DNA from: Bacillota bacterium
GTDB taxonomy: Bacteria > Bacillota > Dethiobacteria > Dethiobacterales > Dethiobacteraceae
Direction: 5' to 3'
Length of the DNA: 64,000 nucleotides
NCBI GenBank assembly: GCA_012521405.1
Contig: JAAYMK010000067.1
Coordinates: forward strand, 7,393 to 71,392
The position numbers were made by a program, and so were the translations under genes. The number at the start of each line of letters is the position of its first letter. The stretch's first letter is position 1. This document shows, in pieces, positions 18,669 through 27,739 of this stretch. The notes under the pieces were generated by a model that made no database searches, was not told the DNA's origin, and worked only from the letters and a program-made list of their open reading frames with translations.

Positions 18669-19610
18669 TTATTTGAGATATTGATCTAAAAACTTAATGA
18701 CTTTATCCAGGTTTTCCTGGGCATAAAAGCGTGGATCTTCATGGACAGCTCCCGGTAATATTTCAAAAATTACCTTATCTTTACCAATGGCTTCCTCTAG
18801 TTTTTGGGCAAAAGAGATAGATTGCTGACAAGGAACAACAGTATCTTTATCGCCATGTTGAATCATAAAGGGCGGTGCCTCCGGGGTAAGATAAGTTGCC
18901 GGATCGGCCGGCTTGGCCTTTTCCGGTTCTTGAGATAAATCAGCACCGATAAATAAGTCCTCCATGGTGCAAGCCATTGAATCCCATGAAGGGAGGTTCA
19001 GATCCTGCAGTTGTTGTTGCATGGCGGCTAAATTTGTGGGTCCAAACCAGTCCACCACTGCTTGTACTTTACTTGATTGCTGAGGCCACCCCAGGGACAA
19101 ATCTTCCAGCGCCCCGGTAGCTCCAGAAGTTCCGGCCAGTGCAGCCAGATGGCCGCCGGCTGAATCGCCAAGGACGGCTATACGGTGGGCTTGTAGGTTG
19201 TAAATTTCAGCGTGTTGGCGCAAGAAGCGGATGGCTGTTTTAATTTCATAAATTTGTGTAGGAAATTCAGCTTGGTCGCTGAGAGTGTAATCAATGGAGA
19301 CGAGGGCATAGCCATGTTCCAGCATATAAAAGAGCGGTTCCATATAGGCAACGCGTTTGTGGCCAAGAAACCAGCCTCCGCCATGGATGTAGACAATCAC
19401 CGGGTACGGGCCTTCCGTACTTTCCGGAAGATAAATGTCCAATTTCGGTCCTTGGGGATTAGTAGTATAAGGAAGATCGAGCCATTTGCGTTTACGTGAC
19501 GAGACATCAATTTCCGGGGGGTTTAGCATTTCCGGGGGAAAAAGACGGCGCCATTTAGCAATATGTTCAGACTTGGGGATTCCTTTCAGAATAATATCGG
19601 AACTGCTCAT
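18669..19610 (-). CDS. Alpha/beta hydrolase (HSL-type esterase/lipase)
   Basis: HGGGW oxyanion motif, GDSAGG nucleophile elbow, C-terminal HGDKD...H. ATG at 19610 lies 8 nt after aggagg. Confidence 0.8.
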   Translation of the reverse strand: MSSSDIILKGIPKSEHIAKWRRLFPPEMLNPPEIDVSSRKRKWLDLPYTTNPQGPKLDIYLPESTEGPYPVIVYIHGGGWFLGHKRVAYMEPLFYMLEHGYALVSIDYTLSDQAEFPTQIYEIKTAIRFLRQHAEIYNLQAHRIAVLGDSAGGHLAALAGTSGATGALEDLSLGWPQQSSKVQAVVDWFGPTNLAAMQQQLQDLNLPSWDSMACTMEDLFIGADLSQEPEKAKPADPATYLTPEAPPFMIQHGDKDTVVPCQQSISFAQKLEEAIGKDKVIFEILPGAVHEDPRFYAQENLDKVIKFLDQYLK

Positions 19611-19731
19611 GGGGATTTCCTCCTGCATATGTAAAATTTTCCTCCTTTTTAATTATAAATGAGAAACACTGGCAAAGGCAATGAAAAAAAATATGACAGA
19701 ATAAGTTTGTGGCAAAACCTGCAACTTACAT

Positions 19732-19760
19732 TGAAAAGCAGGGAACCATTATGTATAATG
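19732..19760 (+). promoter_or_regulatory. Sigma-A promoter of the pyrB-aroD unit
   Basis: TTGAAA (19732-19737), 17-nt spacer, TATAAT (19755-19760). Confidence 0.65.
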
Positions 19761-19766
19761 ACAACA

Positions 19767-19959
19767 AGAAAGTCGCTTTGCGTTCTTTTTAATGATGCGT
19801 CTTTCTTGTCCTTGAGGGGACCACCCACAGGCGGCATGTGGTTTTGACCATCCTGCAAATTTAAGGGGACAACCCCTATCGGTTAGGCGAAAAGGCGTTT
19901 CAAAGTTGAGAAAATTTCCTATAACCGGTGATAAAAAGCCGTGGCAAATCACGGCTTTT
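19767..19959 (+). promoter_or_regulatory. Structured 5' leader of about 200 nt ending in an intrinsic terminator (attenuator or riboswitch candidate)
   Basis: acaagaaag (19774-19782) / ctttcttgt (19810-19818) helix, internal hairpins (gtcc..ggac, ccaca..tgtgg, gggg..cccc), then aaaagccgtg gcaaat cacggctttt (19934-19959) 10 nt before the gggagg RBS (19970-19975). Confidence 0.5.
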
Positions 19960-19981
19960 CATTAAGTTGGGAGGAATACAT

Positions 19982-20890
19982 ATGTACCATATATTAAGTT
20001 GTGATCAATTCAACCAAGATGAGCTGGAGGGTATTTTTAAACTAACCGATGCAATCCGTGCTAATCCGGAAAAATTCAGCACGTCCCTTAGCGGCAAACT
20101 GGTGGCCACAGTTTTTTACGAGCCCAGTACCAGGACAAGGTTATCTTTTGAAGCGGCCGTTTTACGTTTAGGCGGGAAAGTTATTAGCACGGAAAACGCC
20201 AGAGAAATGTCATCTGTAATTAAGGGAGAAAGCCTTTTTGATACTATCCGTGTCATTGGCGGCTACTGTGATGCCATTGTGCTGCGTCATCCGGACAGAA
20301 ACGCTGCCGGTGATGCCGCCAGTGTAGCGCGTGTGCCTATCATAAATGCCGGTAGTGGCAGCGGTGAACACCCCACTCAAGCACTTTTGGACGTCTATAC
20401 TATTTACAAATATAAAAAATCACTGGACGGGCTTTCCATTGCGGTGATGGGAGATTTACTTTTTGGCCGTACGGTCCATTCCCTGGTTAAACTTTTGGCG
20501 CTCTATAAAGATGTTACTATTTATGGTCTTAGCAGAGATGTCCTGGCACTGCCGGAGGAATATGTCTCTTACCTTGAGGAACGGGGTGTCCGCTATGTAC
20601 CTTGCCGCTCCTTTGAGGAACTGCCATCTGATTTGGATGTATTGTATCATACGCGTACGCAAACGGAACGTTTCCACACCGATCTGCATGTGGAAGAATT
20701 TGTCGTTGATCTAGAAGTTATGCAACGCTTTTCTGACCAGACAATTTTACTGCATCCTCTGCCGCGGAGACATGAAATTTCCCCTGCGGTGGATACCGAC
20801 AAACGCGCAGCTTATTTTGCGCAATCCCATAACGGTATGTATGTACGAATGAGTTTATTACACAGCATTATGGGGACAAGCACTAAATAA
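19982..20890 (+). CDS. pyrB: Aspartate carbamoyltransferase catalytic chain
   Basis: STRTR, HPTQALLD, GDLLFGRTVHS, TRTQTERF (Arg/Gln aspartate-binding pair) and HPLPR motifs. ATG at 19982 follows gggagg. Confidence 0.85.
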   Translation: MYHILSCDQFNQDELEGIFKLTDAIRANPEKFSTSLSGKLVATVFYEPSTRTRLSFEAAVLRLGGKVISTENAREMSSVIKGESLFDTIRVIGGYCDAIVLRHPDRNAAGDAASVARVPIINAGSGSGEHPTQALLDVYTIYKYKKSLDGLSIAVMGDLLFGRTVHSLVKLLALYKDVTIYGLSRDVLALPEEYVSYLEERGVRYVPCRSFEELPSDLDVLYHTRTQTERFHTDLHVEEFVVDLEVMQRFSDQTILLHPLPRRHEISPAVDTDKRAAYFAQSHNGMYVRMSLLHSIMGTSTK

Positions 20891-20921
20891 TGTGCACCCG
20901 GGAACAGGCAGGTGGTAAATT

Positions 20922-21686
20922 ATGCCTAAAATTCGCCAAGTGGAGATAAAAAGCTGCCGGCTGGAAACTTATAGTAGCAAAATATGTGTTCCGCTGCCGG
21001 CGCAAAATCTGCCGGAACTTCTTTCGGTAGCGCAAAAATTAAAAGAGCTTACTCCTGATTTAATTGAGTGGCGGGCAGATTATTTTAGCGCAAGCGACCC
21101 CAAAGAGATTATTGCCGCTTTAGAAAAATTGCGGGCAGTGATCGGGGATTTGCCCCTGATTTTTACCTATAGAGATTATGCTGAAGGCGGTTTTGTCAAT
21201 CTCAACCTAGAGCTGCGTGCTGCCATCATTGAGTCTGTACTTAAAACCGGCCTCATTGATTTGGTTGATCTGGAATGGCAAACAAAAGTACAGGTCCGTG
21301 AGCAGCTGTTACAGGTTGCTCGCGAAAACAAAGTCAGTGTAATTTTATCTTACCATGATTTTCAGCAAACACCGGCCAATGAGAGCATAATAAATATCCT
21401 CAAAGCCCAGCAAGAGGCCGGGGCTGATCTGGCTAAAATCGCTGTGATGCCGCAGCAGCGGTACGATGTCCTGCGTTTTATGGAAACAGTTCTTTACTTT
21501 AATACTCATTATGCCGAGATTCCTGTGGTGGCAATTTCCATGTCTCCTTTGGGCATGATTAGCAGAATGGCAGGCAGCCTTTTTGGTTCCGCCATTACTT
21601 TTGCCGTGTACGGAAAAGAATCGGCTCCCGGGCAAATCCCCATAGAAAAACTGCGTCCCTTACTTAACCTCATGAGTTCGCCTTAA
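20922..21686 (+). CDS. aroD: 3-dehydroquinate dehydratase, type I
   Basis: 254 aa. EWRADYF, FTYR..EGG, SYHDF..TP and AKIAVMP (Schiff-base Lys) motifs. Confidence 0.8.
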   Translation: MPKIRQVEIKSCRLETYSSKICVPLPAQNLPELLSVAQKLKELTPDLIEWRADYFSASDPKEIIAALEKLRAVIGDLPLIFTYRDYAEGGFVNLNLELRAAIIESVLKTGLIDLVDLEWQTKVQVREQLLQVARENKVSVILSYHDFQQTPANESIINILKAQQEAGADLAKIAVMPQQRYDVLRFMETVLYFNTHYAEIPVVAISMSPLGMISRMAGSLFGSAITFAVYGKESAPGQIPIEKLRPLLNLMSSP

Positions 21687-21706
21687 GGCAGCTAAACTTG
21701 TGCCAC

Positions 21707-22468
21707 CTAAACTGCTTTGACATTTTGGCTTTCCTTTGCTGCCGGTATTCCATTTTCTTTAGCCAGCTGCAAAATCCCGGCAGGACAGTTAACGGTACAG
21801 ACGGCACATTTAATACAAGCGGCATCTGTAAATTGATTTGTGGGTGGTAAACATAAATAAGGTTTAAGTTGCATGGGACAAACCTTGGCACATTTTTCAC
21901 ATCGGCGGCATACTTCCGGGTGGGATAGGGAAATTTTAACGTCAGTTTTGGCGGCAGCTCCCAACAGTTTGCCCAGTTTAGCGGAAATTGTTTGGATTAA
22001 CCCCATGGGGCAAAAGCTGCACCAAGTCCGGGAGCTAATGAACAAGCTCAAAAGAGTACCGGCAACAATAACCATTAGATAAGTGGTGACAAAGACAAGT
22101 CCCAATTGGTCCCAAAAGGACGGGGTACCTATTGCCGCAAAAGCATTGAGCATTTTTCTTGTCAGGTTAACGGCAAAAAAGACAAAAACAGCAGAGATAA
22201 ACCATTTAGATTTTAAAAATCCGGGGATTTTCTGATTTTTACTTAAAGGCAAAAGTGCATCAAAGAGACTGCCGTGGGGACAAAAATTACCGCACCAGTA
22301 CCGGCCTTTAAAAAAAGCCATAAGCGTTAAAGTTAACATTACGGGGATGACCAGAAGTCCCAGTTTAGGATAGAAAAAACCGCCAATCCCCACCAACAAA
22401 GTAAAAATCCAAGCAATTTTCCGCAGCGGTGTAAGCAGACGATTTGTTTTAAGATAAGTAGTTTTCAT
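21707..22468 (-). CDS. Polytopic membrane protein with 2x[4Fe-4S] ferredoxin motifs (NapH/MauN-like)
   Basis: Several TM helices with CxxC-type pairs (WCGNFCPHG, WCSFCPMG) and a C-terminal CRRCEKCAKVCP plus CIKCAVCTVNCP. Confidence 0.7.
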   Translation of the reverse strand: MKTTYLKTNRLLTPLRKIAWIFTLLVGIGGFFYPKLGLLVIPVMLTLTLMAFFKGRYWCGNFCPHGSLFDALLPLSKNQKIPGFLKSKWFISAVFVFFAVNLTRKMLNAFAAIGTPSFWDQLGLVFVTTYLMVIVAGTLLSLFISSRTWCSFCPMGLIQTISAKLGKLLGAAAKTDVKISLSHPEVCRRCEKCAKVCPMQLKPYLCLPPTNQFTDAACIKCAVCTVNCPAGILQLAKENGIPAAKESQNVKAV

Positions 22469-22501
22469 TTTGACTCCTCCTCGGCAAATATTGATACCCT
22501 A

Positions 22502-22546
22502 TACCCCTATATGGTATATAGTATGCTGTTTTCTTTTTGTTGTCAA
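22502..22546 (-). promoter_or_regulatory. Promoter plus operator-like repeat for the NapH-like gene
   Basis: On the minus strand: TTGACA (22546-22541), 17-nt spacer, TACTAT (22523-22518). It is followed immediately by TATACCATATAGGGGTATAGGGTAT (palindrome TATACC-N7-GGTATA plus tandem ATACCC units). Confidence 0.5.
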
Positions 22547-22646
22547 CATTTACTTCCTGCACAATGAAAATTGTACAGGCCGAACAGGATAGTAATGGTG
22601 CCCGCAAAAGGAAAGGTTAGCTTGGATATGAAGTGTTAAAAATCTA

Positions 22647-22701
22647 TGTTAACTTTTAGGTTTATGTTGGGTTGACAATAATATTATGTTTATGCTACAA
22701 T
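22647..22701 (+). promoter_or_regulatory. bioY promoter overlapped by a BirA-operator-like palindrome
   Basis: TGTTAACT-N15-GGTTGACA (22647-22677) resembles the TGTwAACC-N14/15-GGTTwACA BirA site. Its right arm contains the -35 TTGACA (22672-22677), then an 18-nt spacer and TACAAT (22696-22701). Confidence 0.55.
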
Positions 22702-22732
22702 CCTGCTAAATCTTTTCTTGGCAGGAGGGAGC

Positions 22733-23275
22733 ATGAAAGAAAAATTTTTGCTGCGTGATCTTGTTTATATTGCTTTTTTGGCTGCCTTGACCTCGGTTTT
22801 GGCCTATTTTGCCATCCCCATGCCCGGCGGCTTACCGCCTCTTACCGGGCAGTCGCTGGGGGTAATGTTGGCAGGACTGCTCTTAGGAGCAAAAAAAGGC
22901 GCAGCCAGCCAAATGGTATACCTATGCTTGGGCTTATTAGGTATGCCAATCTTCGCCAACGGCACTGCCGGCGTCGGTGTGTTGGCAGGGCCAACGGGAG
23001 GTTTTATTTGGGGATTTGTGGCGGGTGCTTTTGTCTGTGGAAAACTGACAGAAAAAAACAGCCACGCAACTTTTTTTTCTTTAGCCGTTGCAGCCGCTTT
23101 AGGCGGAGTTGTTGTGGTTTATTTACCAGGAATTTTACAGCTGGCGGCTGTGGCGTCTGTGACGTTGACGGAAGCTGTTGTCATGATGTTACCTTTTCTT
23201 CCCGGAGATTTAATTAAAGCGCTGCTGGCCGCCTCTTTGGCGCAAAAAATCCGGCCGTTAACAAAAAATAGCTAA
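22733..23275 (+). CDS. bioY: Biotin transporter BioY (ECF S-component)
   Basis: IPMPGGLPPLTGQSLGVMLAGLLLG...GPTGGFIWGF matches the BioY family pattern; about 180 aa with 5-6 TM helices. Confidence 0.8.
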   Translation: MKEKFLLRDLVYIAFLAALTSVLAYFAIPMPGGLPPLTGQSLGVMLAGLLLGAKKGAASQMVYLCLGLLGMPIFANGTAGVGVLAGPTGGFIWGFVAGAFVCGKLTEKNSHATFFSLAVAAALGGVVVVYLPGILQLAAVASVTLTEAVVMMLPFLPGDLIKALLAASLAQKIRPLTKNS

Positions 23276-23311
23276 AAAACGCATTGATACACTAAGTGAG
23301 GTGTAGCTGTT

Positions 23312-23956
23312 GTGGCCAAGTTCCCGCAAACAGATATTTACGGCATTACCTGTGAAAAGTTGTCTAAAGGCAGAGATAATCTTGAAGTGGTGAAGCAGTT
23401 GCTGGCTGCCGGCGTTAAAATTATACAATACCGGGAAAAAGAAAAGACCAAAAAAGAAAAGCTCCGCCAGTGCCTGGCCATTAGTAAAATGTGCCGGGAG
23501 GCGGGTGCTTTATTTATAGTTAACGATGATGTGGATATAGCCATGTTAACCGAGGCTGGCGGTATTCATGTGGGGCAAGATGATTTGCCTGCAGACGCTG
23601 TCAGAAAACTGGTGGGTTCGAAAATGCTTATTGGTGTTTCTGCCGGCACGCCGCAAGAGGCTGCCGAAGCTGTGGCGCGCGGTGCTGACTATTTGGGCAT
23701 TGGGCCGGTCTTTGGCACAGGGACGAAAGAAGACGCCGGTAAACCTGTGGGTTTGGAATTCCTAAAGTTTATGGTGCAAAATTACAGCTTGCCGCTGGTT
23801 GCCATTGGCGGTATTAATGCGGAAAATATTCACCTTGTCAGTGGAACCGGTATCACATGTTTTGCCATGGTTTCTGCCTTGGTGGCGGCAGAAGATATTG
23901 CGGCGGCTGTTCATAAACTGCGCCGGCAATTAAAACTTAGGCAAACTACAATTTAA
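23312..23956 (+). CDS. thiE: Thiamine-phosphate synthase
   Basis: IYGIT...IQYREK...FIVNDDVDIA...GIHVGQDD...IGPVF.T.TK...AIGGI motifs. Confidence 0.85.
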   Translation: MAKFPQTDIYGITCEKLSKGRDNLEVVKQLLAAGVKIIQYREKEKTKKEKLRQCLAISKMCREAGALFIVNDDVDIAMLTEAGGIHVGQDDLPADAVRKLVGSKMLIGVSAGTPQEAAEAVARGADYLGIGPVFGTGTKEDAGKPVGLEFLKFMVQNYSLPLVAIGGINAENIHLVSGTGITCFAMVSALVAAEDIAAAVHKLRRQLKLRQTTI

Positions 23957-24813
23957 AGGGGGCTTTTTTGCCTGCTTTCAGTTTTGTGGCGCCACTGGAG
24001 CAGGCTGGTTACTTTGGAGAGTTTATTTATGTGCGGTTTGCGAAAACCCAGGTACCAGAGGCGTCCATCAAATAATTCTTTTTGTTGGACTTCTTCCACA
24101 TTATCCGGAAGATGAAGTTCAGGGGCAGCCATGGCATTGGGATGTTTAAAAAATTCTTTGACGATAGGAATTTTGGCCAGTTTTTTCGTGAATTTGTCTG
24201 TTTCATCAACAACAACAATTTTGCTTCCAGGTTTAGCCACGCGCACCATTTCCTGTAATGCCAGTGCCGGATCGGAAAAGAAATTAATCCCGCCCATATG
24301 GAAAACAACATCAAATTGATTGTCGCTAAAGGGTAGATGTTCAGCGTCGCATAAAAACAGCTGGGCTGAAAGGCCTAGCTTCTTTAAATTTTTTTGGCAT
24401 TGTTTTAACTGCCCCCAGGAAATATCCAGGCCGAAATACTGCGCATAAGGGGGCAGCAAACATATATTACTTCCGGTTCCTACGGAAACTTCCAATACTT
24501 TCATTCCCGGCTCAATTTCCAGTTCACAGAGATACTGGCGCCGTACATCAGCTTCTTTTGCCCCCATGAGAAAAATGGCTGTTTTCGTAACAAAATTATA
24601 AAAAGGTGAAAGTAAGTCATATTGTTTTTGGTATTTTAAATTCAAGCCGGAAACTGGCCGCTGGTGGAGAAAATTAGGGATTCCGTTTTTTATGGGATAG
24701 ATTCTGCCGGATTTAGGCTCACATAAAAACTCTGCACCATTGGGGGCTGTTTGGTAAGAAAGGGGACAGCCGTTATCCGGGTCACGAAGCAACTTGAGAA
24801 TGTTTGCTTGCAT
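23953..24813 (-). CDS. Class I SAM-dependent methyltransferase with an N-terminal Trm112-like segment
   Basis: VLEVSVGTGSN (motif I) and DVVFHMGG. The N-terminal LLRDPDNGCPL...IPNFL is Trm112-like. ATG at 24813 follows aaaggag. The 3' end overlaps thiE by 4 nt. Confidence 0.7.
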   Translation of the reverse strand: MQANILKLLRDPDNGCPLSYQTAPNGAEFLCEPKSGRIYPIKNGIPNFLHQRPVSGLNLKYQKQYDLLSPFYNFVTKTAIFLMGAKEADVRRQYLCELEIEPGMKVLEVSVGTGSNICLLPPYAQYFGLDISWGQLKQCQKNLKKLGLSAQLFLCDAEHLPFSDNQFDVVFHMGGINFFSDPALALQEMVRVAKPGSKIVVVDETDKFTKKLAKIPIVKEFFKHPNAMAAPELHLPDNVEEVQQKELFDGRLWYLGFRKPHINKLSKVTSLLQWRHKTESRQKSPL

Positions 24814-24933
24814 AAGACTCCTTTCTGTGGAGTGAGTTCTCCACAAACCTTCTCAACTTATTACTGTTTGGTGGAAAACATCGGATTTAGTATATTATTT
24901 GTTGTGCATCCCAAGTTTATGCAAATTGGCATT

Positions 24934-24979
24934 AAAAAGGGCTGTTGCAAAACATGTCTTTTTTGCAACAGCCTTTATT
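24934..24979. terminator. Bidirectional terminator downstream of marR
   Basis: ggctgttgcaaaa / ttttgcaacagcc forms a 13-bp perfect stem with A- and T-rich flanks. Confidence 0.7.
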
Positions 24980-25462
24980 TTATGCTTTCTTAGTATCATT
25001 ATTATACGCTTCTGCTTCCATTTCTTTAAAAACGCGTAAGACGGCTTTTACGGATAAAACAAGCATTTCCCGTTCTTCCGGTGTGAGGCGGTTTGCCAGA
25101 TTGGTAAAGCGTAACGTGCGCCTTTCGAAAACAAGTCTTGCCAGCTGTCTGCCGTATGAAGTAAGATAAACTCGGACAACGCGCCTGTCGTGTTCATCAC
25201 CTTTGCGCCGCACTAAATCGGCTTTTACCAATCTGTCTACCAAACGCGTGGCAGCACTTTCTGCCAGGTATGTTTCGGCGCTAAGTTCACCCATGGTTAA
25301 ATCATCATGCATATAAAGAATTAAAAGTGCATTAATCTGGGCCGGTGTTATGTTTAACCCGGTTAACTCACGGATTTCTTCCTTTTCCAAGTAATGCATT
25401 AGTTTGGGAAAAATCTCCTGAAAGACAGTAGTAAATTCCTTTGGGTCTTTGAAATCAACCAT
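24980..25462 (-). CDS. MarR-family transcriptional regulator
   Basis: 160 aa. Winged-helix pattern LT.AQI.AL..L......T..ELS......SAATR.VDRLVK..LV.R..D..DRR. Confidence 0.8.
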   Translation of the reverse strand: MVDFKDPKEFTTVFQEIFPKLMHYLEKEEIRELTGLNITPAQINALLILYMHDDLTMGELSAETYLAESAATRLVDRLVKADLVRRKGDEHDRRVVRVYLTSYGRQLARLVFERRTLRFTNLANRLTPEEREMLVLSVKAVLRVFKEMEAEAYNNDTKKA

Positions 25463-25553
25463 CTTTTCCCCCCTTTCTTTGCAGAAATTTCATTTGATTA
25501 TAACATCCAGACATAAAAATATCCAGCATTGTAACAGAAATGTAAAATTATTG

Positions 25554-25619
25554 GAAGGAAATTTCCTTAACTAGCCGGCCTTGTTTTTCTTGTTTTTATC
25601 TATAAAAAAAGGAATTTCC
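25554..25619. promoter_or_regulatory. Two GGAA(A)TTTCC palindromes in the marR-coaE divergent region (candidate operators)
   Basis: AAGGAAATTTCCTT (25554-25567, a perfect 14-bp palindrome) and AGGAATTTCCT (25609-25619). Confidence 0.4.
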
Positions 25620-25667
25620 TAGGAGGCTTTGGTAGTAATTATAAGATAAAATAAGGGAGGACGTAAA

Positions 25668-26285
25668 ATGTTGGTTATTGGGCTCACCGGGGGAATTGCC
25701 ACCGGAAAATCTACTGTTGCCGCTTATTTCGAGCAATTAGGGGCTTTTCGCATAGATACTGATGAGTTGGCCAGATTGGTAGTTGAGCCGGGCCGTCCTG
25801 CCGTGGCAGAAATTGCCCGTCGCTTTGGCCGTGAAGTTATTGATGAAAAGGGGGCTTTAAAACGCCAAAAGTTGGCGGATGTGGTTTTTAAGGATGAGAA
25901 AAAACGCAAAGAACTAGAGAGCATTGTACATCCGCGGATCAGGGAGATGGTAATGTTAAAATTGGAAGAAGCGCGTAAGCTAGGCTATAGTATAGTTTTA
26001 ATTGAAGTTCCTTTGCTTTTTGAAACTGATTTTCACAAATTTGTCGACTATATTGTGGTGGTGGCCACCACCAGTGAGATACAAGTGGCCAGGCTGAAGG
26101 AACGTAATGCTTTGACTACAGAAGAAGCTTGGTTGCGCATAAATGCACAAATGCCCCTGGCGGAAAAAATTAAGCGTGCGCATTTTGTCATTGATAATAG
26201 CGGCTCTTTGGTCGAGACAAAGCGGCAAGTGGAAGAAATTTGGCAAATTTTAAAGCGGGAGTATGAAAATGACTGTCAAAAATAA
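25668..26285 (+). CDS. coaE: Dephospho-CoA kinase
   Basis: MLVIGLTGGIATGKSTV N-terminus, D.D, and CoaE-like length. Confidence 0.85.
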   Translation: MLVIGLTGGIATGKSTVAAYFEQLGAFRIDTDELARLVVEPGRPAVAEIARRFGREVIDEKGALKRQKLADVVFKDEKKRKELESIVHPRIREMVMLKLEEARKLGYSIVLIEVPLLFETDFHKFVDYIVVVATTSEIQVARLKERNALTTEEAWLRINAQMPLAEKIKRAHFVIDNSGSLVETKRQVEEIWQILKREYENDCQK

Positions 26286-26892
26286 TTTACTGCGGTTATT
26301 ATTTTTCACCCTTGTGATCACTGCAATCCTGGTGGCAGTGACACATACGCCGCAGTTTCTAAAATTTTATTATCCTTATCCTTACCGCAATTTAATTGAA
26401 TTGAATGCAAAGGAATTTGGGGTTGATCCGTTACTGGTGGCAGCCATTATCCGTACGGAGAGTCATTTTCGTGAAGATGCCGTTTCCCCCAAAGGTGCAC
26501 TAGGTTTAATGCAGATTATGCCTGAAACTGCACGCTGGGTTGCCGAACAATTAAATTTGGGCACGCTCACTGACGAACAAATATTGTCTCCCGAAATAAA
26601 TATTAAGTTGGGAACGTGGTATTTGGCTTCATTGCTCAAGGAGTTTAACGGGCGTCTTGATGTGGCCATTGCCGCTTACAACGGTGGGCGAGGGCGTGTA
26701 AGTAAGTGGCTGCATAATAATACTTGGTCGGGGCATTATCATGATCGTCACCAAATACCTTTCCCTGAAACCAGGCAGTTTTTATATAAAGTGCGTGCTG
26801 CCTATGAAAAATATCAGCGCCTTTATTCTCATGAGAAATCATTGTCGCCAACAAAGAATCATGTTAGAATAAATAAGGTACAAGATGAATAA
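26263..26892 (+). CDS. Lytic transglycosylase (SLT domain), membrane anchored
   Basis: ESHF (catalytic Glu), GALGLMQIMP and AYNGG motifs; N-terminal TM helix. Confidence 0.8.
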   Translation: MKMTVKNNLLRLLFFTLVITAILVAVTHTPQFLKFYYPYPYRNLIELNAKEFGVDPLLVAAIIRTESHFREDAVSPKGALGLMQIMPETARWVAEQLNLGTLTDEQILSPEINIKLGTWYLASLLKEFNGRLDVAIAAYNGGRGRVSKWLHNNTWSGHYHDRHQIPFPETRQFLYKVRAAYEKYQRLYSHEKSLSPTKNHVRINKVQDE

Positions 26893-26969
26893 GCCGGGAA
26901 TATTTGTGTAACTACGCTAAAACGCTTCTTGGGGGCGTAGGGTTGTTTTTTGAGCAGGAGGGATAAACA

Positions 26970-27728
26970 ATGGCTGGTCATTCAAAATGGGCAAATATAA
27001 AACATAGAAAAGCACGTCAAGATGCGCAAAAAGGGAAGATTTTTACTAAAGTATCTAAAGAAATTATGGTGGCGGTGAAACAGGGTGGCCCTGATCCGGC
27101 AGGTAACTTTCGTTTGCGCCTGGCACTGCAAAAGGCACGCGCCGTCAACATGCCCAATGATAATATTCAACGTGCTATCCAAAAAGGAAGCGGTGAACTT
27201 GAAGGCGTAAATTATGAAGAAATTATCTATGAGGGATATGGGCCTGCAGGAACAGCCATTATGCTTGAGATTCTCACAGATAATCGCAACCGGACTGCGG
27301 GAGAAATTCGCCATATTTTCTCAAGACATGGCGGCAGTTTAGGGGAAAGCGGTTGTGTAGCGTGGCTTTTTAAACGTAGAGGATTTCTAGCCGTTGCTCG
27401 CGAAGATTTCGCAGAGGATGACCTGATGCTTTTGGCGTTGGATGCAGGTGCAGCTGATTTTGAAGTAGAGGAAGAGCAATATGAAATTTATACGACACCA
27501 GAAGAGTTTGAAAGCGTGAAAGAAAAACTGGAAAATGACGGTGTAAAATTTGCCGAAGCTTCCATTACCATGATTCCGGAAAACATGGTAGAAATAACCG
27601 ATCTGGAACAGGCACGTAAAGCAATTACTTTAATTGAGCTCTTGGAAGATCATGATGATGTGCAAAATGTTTACACTAATATGGATATCCCGGCAGAACT
27701 GGTAAAAATGATAGAAAGCGAAAACTAA
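26970..27728 (+). CDS. yebC: YebC/PmpR-family DNA-binding regulator
   Basis: [25 protein letters not shown] is a hallmark N-terminus. Confidence 0.9.
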   Translation: MAGHSKWANIKHRKARQDAQKGKIFTKVSKEIMVAVKQGGPDPAGNFRLRLALQKARAVNMPNDNIQRAIQKGSGELEGVNYEEIIYEGYGPAGTAIMLEILTDNRNRTAGEIRHIFSRHGGSLGESGCVAWLFKRRGFLAVAREDFAEDDLMLLALDAGAADFEVEEEQYEIYTTPEEFESVKEKLENDGVKFAEASITMIPENMVEITDLEQARKAITLIELLEDHDDVQNVYTNMDIPAELVKMIESEN

Positions 27729-27739
27729 TTCTGTATAAA

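Noticed and set aside
19767-19959. PyrR-binding attenuator call for the pyrB leader.
   Set aside because: The conserved PyrR loop UCCAGAGAGG is not present; the closest string is GUCCUUGAGGGGAC. It is reported only as an unclassified terminator-containing leader.
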